NCBI GenBank assembly: GCA_018056375.1
Contig: JAGPFQ010000001.1
Location: forward strand, 360,340-424,339
DNA length: 64,000 bases
From: Candidatus Dojkabacteria bacterium
Lineage (GTDB): Bacteria > Patescibacteriota > Dojkabacteria > SC72
Direction: 5' to 3'
Each line of letters begins with the position of its first letter. The stretch's first letter is position 1. The position numbers and the translations under genes were made by a program. The notes beneath the pieces are model-generated. The model was given only the letters and a program-made list of their open reading frames with translations, was not told the DNA's origin and made no database searches. Positions 1 through 7,763 of this stretch are shown here, piece by piece.

Positions 1-462
1 TTCCGTACTTCTTAGAAGTAATCTTGGTCTAAGTTCCCATCTAACAACATTTGCCCATTGATTGATTAGTATTGGTAAATCTTTATAGGACTCAACCCAT
101 CTTGAATATGCATCATATATTATAGTTTCTGATGTTGGTCTAATTACAAAAGGCTCTTTTAACTCTTCTCCTCCTGCATGAGTTACAGCTACAACTTCTG
201 GCGAGAATCCTTCTACATGCTTTGCTTCTCTGTGTAAAAATTCGTTCGGTATGAAAAGAGGGAAAGAAGCATTCTCTACACCTGTTGCTTTTATCCTTTT
301 ATCAAACTCTTTCTTAATATTTTCCCAGATTGCATATCCATATGGTTTGATAATCATTGTACCTCTAACAGGACCGTGTTCAACAAAGTCAGAAACTTTA
401 ATTACATCCAAATACCATTGTGAGAAATCTTCTTCTCTGCTTGTGATCTTTTTCTCGTCCAT
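1..462 (-). CDS. proS: Prolyl-tRNA synthetase, archaeal/eukaryote-like type, N-terminal part only (gene runs off the left edge; start codon at 460-462)
   Basis: Reverse-complement translation from ATG(462): MDEKKITSREEDFSQWYLDVIKVSDFVEHGPVRGTMIIKPYGYAIWENI...FPLFIPNEFLHREAKHVEGFSPEVVAVTHAGG...VIRPTSETIIYDAYSRWVESYKDLPILINQWANVVRWE. This matches the ProRS class II N-terminal catalytic region. It is not in the supplied ORF track because it is partial. Confidence 0.85.
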   Translation of the reverse strand, partial: MDEKKITSREEDFSQWYLDVIKVSDFVEHGPVRGTMIIKPYGYAIWENIKKEFDKRIKATGVENASFPLFIPNEFLHREAKHVEGFSPEVVAVTHAGGEELKEPFVIRPTSETIIYDAYSRWVESYKDLPILINQWANVVRWELRPRLLLRSTE

Positions 463-548
463 ATTAGGGTTGAATAATTTAATAATTGATTCTAATTGAA
501 AGAAAGGGATAAAGCAATGATTGGAGGGAAGATAATCGTACTCAATAA

Positions 549-1058
549 CTAAATAGAACGCCTACCTAGCATCTTCTGCATAATAATATCAATTGATGGA
601 ATCTTAGAGTCGTTAAGTTCCATAGGTACTTCTGTTAACTGAAGCTTTTTAATAAAGTTTTCTCCTGGTAATGTAATAGAAGTAGATATACCAAACAAAT
701 ATTGCGGTTCAAAAACCTCTTTTATTGCAAGTATTAACTTTGTAGCTTCACCTTTCTTTACAAACTCAGAACTTGTGATAAATCCATAGACAATAGCCCA
801 ATTCTCACGACCTTTGTTTGTAATAATAACATCAGCAATACTCTTTTCTTGGTCAAAAAAGAATCTTGAGGTAAAAGCACCACCAAATTCTGTAAAATTG
901 GGAATACAATATAAACCATTAATATCCTTCTGTATCTTAGTACCAGGAATTTGTTCAGCTTTTTCCCAACCATCTACTCTTGCCAAATCTAAAGGCATAG
1001 GCATATGTTCTCCTAATGACCATTCACTATTCATTGGTCCTGATAATTCTTCTACCAT
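549..1058 (-). CDS. hypothetical protein (169 aa)
   Basis: Intact ORF with no recognisable motif; lies between proS and ogt. Confidence 0.45.
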   Translation of the reverse strand: MVEELSGPMNSEWSLGEHMPMPLDLARVDGWEKAEQIPGTKIQKDINGLYCIPNFTEFGGAFTSRFFFDQEKSIADVIITNKGRENWAIVYGFITSSEFVKKGEATKLILAIKEVFEPQYLFGISTSITLPGENFIKKLQLTEVPMELNDSKIPSIDIIMQKMLGRRSI

Positions 1059-1139
1059 AGAACATTTTTATTTTAGTTAAAGCTCTGGGATTATACTATA
1101 GGTTCCTGCTGTCTGTCTATATGCATTAAAATCCTCAAT

Positions 1140-1631
1140 ATGCTACAATATAGTATGGTAACAATATATTTCTATGATACTAAGGTTGGAAAGATAGGTA
1201 TAGGTGAAAAAGATGAGAAAGTAATAGCAGTAGTTTTTGATGGTGAAAGATATGACCCATCATGGACAGAGAAAGATACCCCTCTCAAAAAGAAAACTAT
1301 CAAACAGATTAATGAATATCTAGATGGAAAAAGAAAAACCTTTGATATTGATATATACTACACCTCAGCATCTTCATTCTTCTCAAGGATAATGAAAATA
1401 TTAAAAAAGATTCCATATGGAAAAACAATTACATACAAAGATATAGCTAGGAAAGTAAATAATCCAAAAGCATACAGAGCTGTAGGTATGGTATGTAACA
1501 GAAACCCATTACCAATACTCATACCATGTCATAGAGTAATAGCAACAACAGGAGCAATGATTGGTTACAAAGGAGGAGTTGAGATAAAGAAGAAGTTGAT
1601 TGATTTAGAAAAAGGAATCAAACTTGAATAA
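1140..1631 (+). CDS. ogt: Methylated-DNA-protein-cysteine methyltransferase (O6-alkylguanine-DNA alkyltransferase)
   Basis: C-terminal DNA-binding domain with active-site motif IPCHRVI and a helix-turn-helix (TYKDIARKVNNPKAYRAVGMVCNRNPLPILIPCHRVI). The start may be an internal Met (1155). Confidence 0.85.
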   Translation: MLQYSMVTIYFYDTKVGKIGIGEKDEKVIAVVFDGERYDPSWTEKDTPLKKKTIKQINEYLDGKRKTFDIDIYYTSASSFFSRIMKILKKIPYGKTITYKDIARKVNNPKAYRAVGMVCNRNPLPILIPCHRVIATTGAMIGYKGGVEIKKKLIDLEKGIKLE

Positions 1632-1691
1632 AGTTTGCACTTACAAACATCATCTCTTTCATACAATATATTTTACATATATAATGAATAT

Positions 1692-2207
1692 ATGATACTA
1701 ACTGCCAAAGAAATAGAAAAAGAAGTTAAAAAAGGAAATATTATAATAACTCCTTTTAGTAGAAAAAATATCAAACCTAATAGCTATATATATTCCCTAA
1801 GTCCAACACTCATTGAGATAAAAGACGTTGGTGATAAAAGAAAAAAACCTAAGATAAAGGAATACACTATACCAAAAAGTGGATTTGTTTTAGAACCAAA
1901 CAAACTCTATCTTGGTACAACTGTTGAAAAGATTGGAAGTAAGAAGTTTGTAACATCACTCATAGGAAGAAACAGTATTGCTAAATTAGGTATGTTTCTT
2001 CAAATTACAGCAGATCTAGGACAATTAGGTAAAGCTCATAAATGGACATTAGAGATAAAGGTAGTGCAAAGATTAAGAATATATCCTAATATGAAGGTAG
2101 GACAAGTTACATTCTGGATACCAAAAGGAGATATTGATATACAAAAAACAGAATTCTATGCTGAGCAGAATGAACCATATCTTAGCCAACTATATAACGA
2201 AAAATGA
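1692..2207 (+). CDS. dcd: dCTP deaminase (Dcd family); start taken at internal Met MILTAKEIEK, track ORF begins at 1635
   Basis: N-terminus MILTAKEIEKEVKKGNIIITPF...NSY is the canonical Dcd start (MILSD..I...G.I.I.PF......SYD); C-terminal GQVTFW. About 171 aa, canonical Dcd size. Confidence 0.7.
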   Translation: MILTAKEIEKEVKKGNIIITPFSRKNIKPNSYIYSLSPTLIEIKDVGDKRKKPKIKEYTIPKSGFVLEPNKLYLGTTVEKIGSKKFVTSLIGRNSIAKLGMFLQITADLGQLGKAHKWTLEIKVVQRLRIYPNMKVGQVTFWIPKGDIDIQKTEFYAEQNEPYLSQLYNEK

Positions 2208-2644
2208 TACTAACAGGTAAAGAGATACAAAAAGAGATTAAGAAAGGAAGGATTATCATAGATCCTTTTAATATTGAGGATGTTGAAACTAATTCATATG
2301 ATTTTCATATTGATAATACCCTCTATACATACAAGAAAAATATTTTAGATCCTACTGAAGAGAATCCTCTTGAGGAATTAAAGATACCTCCTAGTGGTTT
2401 AATACTAAGTCCTAAGAAGATATATATTGGTAAAACTAAAGAGAAAATTGGTAGTAACTACTTTGTTCCCATTATCAAAGGTAGGTCATCCACAGGTAGA
2501 CTGGGTATCTTTGTAAATATTACTGCTGATTTAATAGACCTTGGTTCTATACAGAGACCTACTCTAACAATTCATGTAGTACAACCAGTTAAGATATATC
2601 CTAATACCAAGATAGGACAGGTAACATTCTGGGTTGCTAAATAA
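2204..2644 (+). CDS. Dcd-family paralogue, probably a Dcd-like dUTPase (archaeal-type) or second dCTP deaminase
   Basis: MILTGKEIQKEIKKGRIIIDPFNIEDVETNSYDFHI...IGQVTFW. Clear paralogue of the preceding gene; 4-bp ATGA overlap; shorter (146 aa, lacks the C-terminal extension). Confidence 0.6.
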   Translation: MILTGKEIQKEIKKGRIIIDPFNIEDVETNSYDFHIDNTLYTYKKNILDPTEENPLEELKIPPSGLILSPKKIYIGKTKEKIGSNYFVPIIKGRSSTGRLGIFVNITADLIDLGSIQRPTLTIHVVQPVKIYPNTKIGQVTFWVAK

Positions 2645-2660
2645 AAACCATTATATAAGC

Positions 2661-3479
2661 CTATTCCTTCTTCTTTTTAAATTGAGGCAATTTATCCATA
2701 AGCCAAAATATTACAGGGTCTGTTAAGTTCTTTGTTACAAATATTACCAAACTATCCCAAAGACCAGGATATACTTCTTTTTTGAATTTAAATGCCTTTC
2801 TAATTGCAATCTCAGCTACCTGCTTTGGTTTAATTAACAATCCTAATTTCAATCCCAGATTTCTTAGTCTTTGTGGAAGTTTGAAAAACGGAGTATCTAC
2901 ACCACTAGGACATACTACTGTTACACCGACATTACTTCTTATAAATTCATAATAGATAGATCTTGAGAAATTACGAATATAGCTCTTAGTAGCATTGTAA
3001 AGATGAATACCAGGTAAAGTCATCATTGCAGAAGCAGAAGACATATTTATAATGAAACCTTTCTTTCTCTCTAACATACGAGTTCCAAAGAGATATGTTA
3101 AAAATGTTGTACAGTAGATATGAAGATTGAGAATTAAATATAGTTGTTTTTCACTTAGTGTTGAAAATTCATGAAAGATTAATGTCCCAACATTATTTAC
3201 TAACACATCTACTTCTATCTGTTTTTCTTGGCAATAATCATAAACTTTCTGTGCAGCACTTGGTACAGACAAATCCATATCTATAACTAATACCTTCACA
3301 CCAAATTCCTTCTTAATCCTATCTGCTATTTCTTTTAATTTATCTCCTTCATTACCTACTAACACACAATCTAAACCTAGTCTTGCGAACTCATCAACAA
3401 AAGCCTCACCTATACCACCACTTGCTCCCGTAATTAATACTGTTTTTATACCCCTTGGGATTCTAAATTTGTTACTCAT
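2661..3479 (-). CDS. Short-chain dehydrogenase/reductase (SDR) family oxidoreductase
   Basis: N-terminal Rossmann motif TVLITGASGGIGEAFV and SDR-like spacing. Confidence 0.8.
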   Translation of the reverse strand: MSNKFRIPRGIKTVLITGASGGIGEAFVDEFARLGLDCVLVGNEGDKLKEIADRIKKEFGVKVLVIDMDLSVPSAAQKVYDYCQEKQIEVDVLVNNVGTLIFHEFSTLSEKQLYLILNLHIYCTTFLTYLFGTRMLERKKGFIINMSSASAMMTLPGIHLYNATKSYIRNFSRSIYYEFIRSNVGVTVVCPSGVDTPFFKLPQRLRNLGLKLGLLIKPKQVAEIAIRKAFKFKKEVYPGLWDSLVIFVTKNLTDPVIFWLMDKLPQFKKKKE

Positions 3480-3497
3480 GTTGTAGTGTCTTAAGCC

Positions 3498-4508
3498 TTA
3501 TTTATGTGGACATGGCGGATATCCAGTAATAACTGCAATACCTATTCGCTCATTAGTATTCTGGTCTTTGACTATTATTCTTGTTCCTGGTTCATACAAA
3601 GCAGGACCTCCAAGCATTATAAACTTTCTTACCTCTATCTCAGCAACTTCTCCTGGCTTGATAGGTTTTGATATTACAGGAGTACCATTTCCTGTTATAA
3701 ATGGTTTCCCTGAAGGGTCTGCATCTTTAGGCATAAAAGTAAGAAGATAACCTTGACCATTCACAACAGATGTCTCTTTTGTATTTCCTTCTTCCTTTGT
3801 AAACACATACACCTTAAGTTTTACTTTAGTAGCCAATTGCATATCTGTACCAAAGGTTGCTCGTTTGTAGAAATAATCATTATCCATAGCAATACCAACT
3901 GACTCTGACACAGTTGCAGAATTTACCAACTTTCCTGCCTTAATCATTCTCCTTACTTTGGTTGAGACATCAGGTACTATCCCACAAATACCTGTTTGTT
4001 TAAGAGTATCTCCAACTTTAAGTGTTCCCCTTCTCACTGTTACTGTTAAATATTTTGTACCATTAATTGTAATAGTCTCTTTTGAATCTATAATTACACT
4101 CGTAGCATCAGGAGTCCATAAACTTTCAACTTGTTGTCGTGGAGGTACTATCTTTGGAGGTGGTAAGGCCTCAAATACAGGTGTCTTAGATTCTGATGAA
4201 GGAGTACTAGATGATGAGTCTTCGGAGGGTATGGATGGTGTTGTTGTTTTGCTTGATTCTGGTGTTGATTCTTCTATATCCTCTTCTACATTCTCTTCCC
4301 CCTCTAATAACCCATCTAAATCTTCTTCATCCTCCAACTCTGAAACAATCTTCTCTTCTCCTTGATCCTGCTTTATATCACTATTTCTATTCTTTCTTAC
4401 ATAGAGAAAGACAGAGAAGATAAGGATGAGAAATACTAAGAAAACAAGCAGAACTATCTGCTTTTTATCTAAAGAAAGTTTCTTTGTATTATTACTTTCT
4501 TCTTTCAT
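3498..4508 (-). CDS. Membrane-anchored protein: N-terminal TM helix, acidic/Ser-Thr-Pro-rich low-complexity linker, C-terminal beta-rich domain of unknown function
   Basis: Hydrophobic segment LVFLVFLILIFSVFLYV followed by EDEEDLDGLLEGEENVEEDIEESTPESSKTTTPSIPSEDSSSSTPSSES, then a non-repetitive globular C-terminus. Confidence 0.55.
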   Translation of the reverse strand: MKEESNNTKKLSLDKKQIVLLVFLVFLILIFSVFLYVRKNRNSDIKQDQGEEKIVSELEDEEDLDGLLEGEENVEEDIEESTPESSKTTTPSIPSEDSSSSTPSSESKTPVFEALPPPKIVPPRQQVESLWTPDATSVIIDSKETITINGTKYLTVTVRRGTLKVGDTLKQTGICGIVPDVSTKVRRMIKAGKLVNSATVSESVGIAMDNDYFYKRATFGTDMQLATKVKLKVYVFTKEEGNTKETSVVNGQGYLLTFMPKDADPSGKPFITGNGTPVISKPIKPGEVAEIEVRKFIMLGGPALYEPGTRIIVKDQNTNERIGIAVITGYPPCPHK

Positions 4509-4895
4509 ATTTATTTATGTAAAAAGTTATATATAACCTTCACTATTATTTAAGTATATCAATTTAGGGAAATACGAACAATATTAAAAGAAAGAAACCC
4601 TACTCAAACTAAACAACATACGAAATACCGTATACTGATTTTTATTGTTTTTTCGGGTTCTGTGTGTTGTGTTGTTTTACTTTTTTTGTGTTTTTTGTAT
4701 CAGTTTTTCAATGAGGAATGTTATAACATCCCTCAAAGGAAAACACAGTAACAATATCAATAGTGGCAACACTATTATAAGACACTCCATAATTCCTCCT
4801 TTCAAAAGATCATCAACACACATCTATATTATATCACAACAAACACTACAGGTCTCTTCAATAATTCTTCCCATATAAAATGATATAATCAAATA

Positions 4896-5519
4896 ATGAA
4901 AACTGATTTCAAAACTCTCAAAGATCTACATGAATACTATGCTGTAAACAATAACTGTGGATTAAAAGAAACAGCTACCCAACCAGTATATGAAATAACT
5001 CCCCCATCATCTGGAATACTCTTCATAGGTGAAGCTCCTGGTAAACATGAAGATTTACAAGGTAGACCATTTGTAGGTTCTGCTGGTAAATTCTTAGATG
5101 AACTATTACAAAGTATTGGATATACAAGAGAAGAGGTATATGTTAGTAATATTGTTAAATACAGACCTCCTTCTAACAGAGATCCACAAGATGATGAAAA
5201 GAATGCATGTAGGGTATGGCTGAATGCAGAACTAGTGTTTGTAAAACCTAAGGTAATTGTAACATTAGGAAGACATGCATTAGGTAGGTTTGTACCAGGT
5301 GCAAGTATTACAGCTTCTCATGGACAATCATTTGAACATCCAACAGGTATTCCAATATTTGCTATGTATCATCCTGCAGCTGCACTCTACAATCCTAATC
5401 TAAAAGAAGATATGAAGAAGGATTTTAAAGCATTGAAGAAATTTCTATCTACTCTTCCTAAAAAGAAAATAAATATATTAGAAAAGCAAGAGGTTATAGA
5501 TGAGATATTGAAGTTATAA
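4896..5519 (+). CDS. udg: Uracil-DNA glycosylase, family 4
   Basis: Motif A GILFIGEAPGKHEDLQGRPFVGSAGKFLDELL (GEAPG...PFVG.AG) and the C-terminal H-containing motif B region are typical of family 4 UDG. Confidence 0.85.
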   Translation: MKTDFKTLKDLHEYYAVNNNCGLKETATQPVYEITPPSSGILFIGEAPGKHEDLQGRPFVGSAGKFLDELLQSIGYTREEVYVSNIVKYRPPSNRDPQDDEKNACRVWLNAELVFVKPKVIVTLGRHALGRFVPGASITASHGQSFEHPTGIPIFAMYHPAAALYNPNLKEDMKKDFKALKKFLSTLPKKKINILEKQEVIDEILKL

Positions 5520-5527
5520 AACAGACC

Positions 5528-5580
5528 TTGTCAATTATATTGACAAATAACTTGACAATTATTTTACATATCCGTATAAT
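5528..5580 (+). promoter_or_regulatory. Perfect 19-bp palindrome TTGTCAATtatATTGACAA (5528-5546), then consensus sigma70-like TTGACA (5552-5557), 17-bp spacer and TATAAT (5575-5580) immediately upstream of the Fic ATG (5586)
   Basis: Read directly from sequence: cttgtcaattatattgacaaataacttgacaattattttacatatccgtataatggattATG. Confidence 0.5.
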
Positions 5581-5585
5581 GGATT

Positions 5586-6599
5586 ATGGAAAATACAAAA
5601 TATAAATACTATTTAAGTGATAAAATCTTAAAAAACATCTCTTCAATTGAAAGACTATATGGTCAATTAGAATCACAAGTTATCCCAAAAGAATTACTCC
5701 TTAATTTAGAAAAACAAAACCTTATCAAATCTTCCTTCTCTTCAAATAGCATAGAGGGTAACTCTCTTTCAAAAGGTGAAGTTACAAACTTAATCTTAGG
5801 TGACAGAGTACCTGCTAATAGAGATGAAAAAGAAGTAAGGAACTATTTTGATATCCTCCAAAAGATTGGGAAAGAATATGTAAATCTTAATACAGATACC
5901 ATACTTAAAATCCACAGAGAACTACTGAAAGGTGTTAACAATCAGATTGGTGGAGAGATTCGAAATAAAAGAGTTATTGTAGGAAACCCATTACAAGATG
6001 GAAATGTAATAATCAAACATGAACCACCAAAACATGATAAAAAAGGAATAACAGAAATGCTTGAACTATTAGTAGAATGGACTAAATCTTCTAACGAACT
6101 TCCAATAATAAAGGCAGGAATATATCATCATGAATTTGTATATATCCACCCTTTCATAGATGGAAATGGTAGAACTTCAAGACTAACAACTACACTACTT
6201 CTACACAAATTAGGATACAAGATTAATAAGTACTTCATACTTGATGATTACTACGATATAGACAGAATTATGTACTCTGATTCTTTACATTCTGCAGATA
6301 CTGGAGATAAAACAATATGGTTAGAATACTTTACAGATGGAGTTAAATATTCATTACAATCAGCATTAGCAAAAATCGAAGAGGGACTAAAGAACATTTC
6401 TTTTAATATGAGACCTACAAAAAGAGAAAATGATGTTTTAGAATTGGTAAAGAAATACAAAGAGATTACATCATCTGATGTTTCTAAAGAATTAAATATA
6501 TCTAGACAACAAGCTTTTAATCTTTTAGATAATTTAATCACAAAGGGATATTTAGAGAAACAAGGTAGCACTAAGAATAGTTTTTACATATTAAAATAA
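5586..6599 (+). CDS. fic: Fic-family protein (AMPylator/adenylyltransferase fold), class II with an N-terminal inhibitory SxxxEG motif and a C-terminal winged-helix DNA-binding domain
   Basis: Fic motif HPFIDGNGRTSRL; upstream inhibitory-helix-like SNSIEGN ([S/T]xxxE[G/N]); C-terminal VLELVKKYKEITSSDVSKELNISRQQAFNLLDNLITKGYLEK resembles a wHTH. Confidence 0.85.
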   Translation: MENTKYKYYLSDKILKNISSIERLYGQLESQVIPKELLLNLEKQNLIKSSFSSNSIEGNSLSKGEVTNLILGDRVPANRDEKEVRNYFDILQKIGKEYVNLNTDTILKIHRELLKGVNNQIGGEIRNKRVIVGNPLQDGNVIIKHEPPKHDKKGITEMLELLVEWTKSSNELPIIKAGIYHHEFVYIHPFIDGNGRTSRLTTTLLLHKLGYKINKYFILDDYYDIDRIMYSDSLHSADTGDKTIWLEYFTDGVKYSLQSALAKIEEGLKNISFNMRPTKRENDVLELVKKYKEITSSDVSKELNISRQQAFNLLDNLITKGYLEKQGSTKNSFYILK

Positions 6600-6611
6600 G
6601 TTTTTAATATT

Positions 6612-7136
6612 ATGACAGAAGCTATATACAAAAGAGATTGGGTTGATGGAGAAGAGATCTTAGAAGAACACAAAGAATATGATGTTAGACAAGTAACATG
6701 CTTTGTATTCTCAAGTGATAACAAACTACTTTTAGTTGCAAAAGAATCTGATGACTGGACTATTACAGCAGGACATTATGAAGAAAAAGATAAAACTTTC
6801 AAAGATGGTGTTATCAGAGAGGTATTAGAAGAATCAGGTTTAGATATTTCTAAATACAAAGAAGATATTGATATATTTGGATATGCTCTTGTAACAAAGA
6901 TTGATAAAGAAAGTGAAAAGGTTTTAGATAGATTTATCCAAATGAGAATGTTTCTTAAACTAGAAGATTTAAAAGCAAAGGATATTGAATTAAAACCTAT
7001 GGAAGAATTTGAGATTAAATATGCTCAGTTCTGTAGCATAGAAGAAGCCTTTGAAAAGGTAAAATGGTTAGAACAATCTGATGAGTGGAAAGCTATTAAG
7101 CCTACCTACTTCCCCTTACTCCACTCTGCATCATAG
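6612..7136 (+). CDS. Nudix hydrolase
   Basis: Nudix box GHYEEKDKTFKDGVIREVLEESGL (G-x5-E-x7-REVxEExGL pattern); 13 bp downstream of fic. Confidence 0.7.
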   Translation: MTEAIYKRDWVDGEEILEEHKEYDVRQVTCFVFSSDNKLLLVAKESDDWTITAGHYEEKDKTFKDGVIREVLEESGLDISKYKEDIDIFGYALVTKIDKESEKVLDRFIQMRMFLKLEDLKAKDIELKPMEEFEIKYAQFCSIEEAFEKVKWLEQSDEWKAIKPTYFPLLHSAS

Positions 7137-7717
7137 AAGATCTTCTCAACACCAGTCTCATAATCATTACATATCTCACTCTCCTTAAACCATATCTTTA
7201 ATTCTCTCTCTGCATTCTCTACTGAATCAGAAGCATGTAACATGGTCATAGTAGACCTATCTAAAAAGTCTGCAAGAGCATATGTATCCAGTGAGTAGTC
7301 ATCTCTAATAGTACCAATATCACCATCTGCTGGACTAGCACTACCTAAAATCTTTCTAACCTGAGATATTACTCCAAAACCTTCAAATACAATAGCTACA
7401 ATTGGACCACATGTAAGATAGTTAATATTCCTCTGTCTAATCTTCTTACCTTGTTCTAATGAATTCCAGTTACTAATATCCTCACCTCTTGCAATAGCTC
7501 CCTTCTTAGCCTTCTCACCTGTCTCAATTAAATACCCTTCTTCATTAATATAGTGTTCACCTACTTGCTCCTTAGTTGCATTAAGCATCTTAATAGCAGT
7601 CATCTTAATACCCTTCCTCTCAAATCTAGACAGTATCTCACCTACTAACTGCCTTTGTAAAACATCAGGTTTAAGTAACACCAATGTTCTCTCTTGTGCC
7701 ATTTTTGGTTTTTTCAT
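7106..7717 (-). CDS. ndk: Nucleoside diphosphate kinase with a ~50-aa internal insertion
   Basis: ERTLVLLKPDVLQRQLVGEILSRFERKGIKMTAIKM...GPIVAIVFEG...MLHASDSVENAERELKIWF, including the catalytic His region NxxHxSD. 203 aa versus ~140-150 usual. The start may be Met at 7702. Confidence 0.85.
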   Translation of the reverse strand: MKKPKMAQERTLVLLKPDVLQRQLVGEILSRFERKGIKMTAIKMLNATKEQVGEHYINEEGYLIETGEKAKKGAIARGEDISNWNSLEQGKKIRQRNINYLTCGPIVAIVFEGFGVISQVRKILGSASPADGDIGTIRDDYSLDTYALADFLDRSTMTMLHASDSVENAERELKIWFKESEICNDYETGVEKIFYDAEWSKGK

Positions 7718-7763
7718 CTGGAAAGAATGTTTAAAATATTAGATAATATAGGATAACAGAAAT

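Noticed and set aside
251-499. 82-aa plus-strand ORF
   Set aside because: It lies entirely antisense to the clearly recognisable proS N-terminal coding region (1-462, minus strand), so it is spurious.
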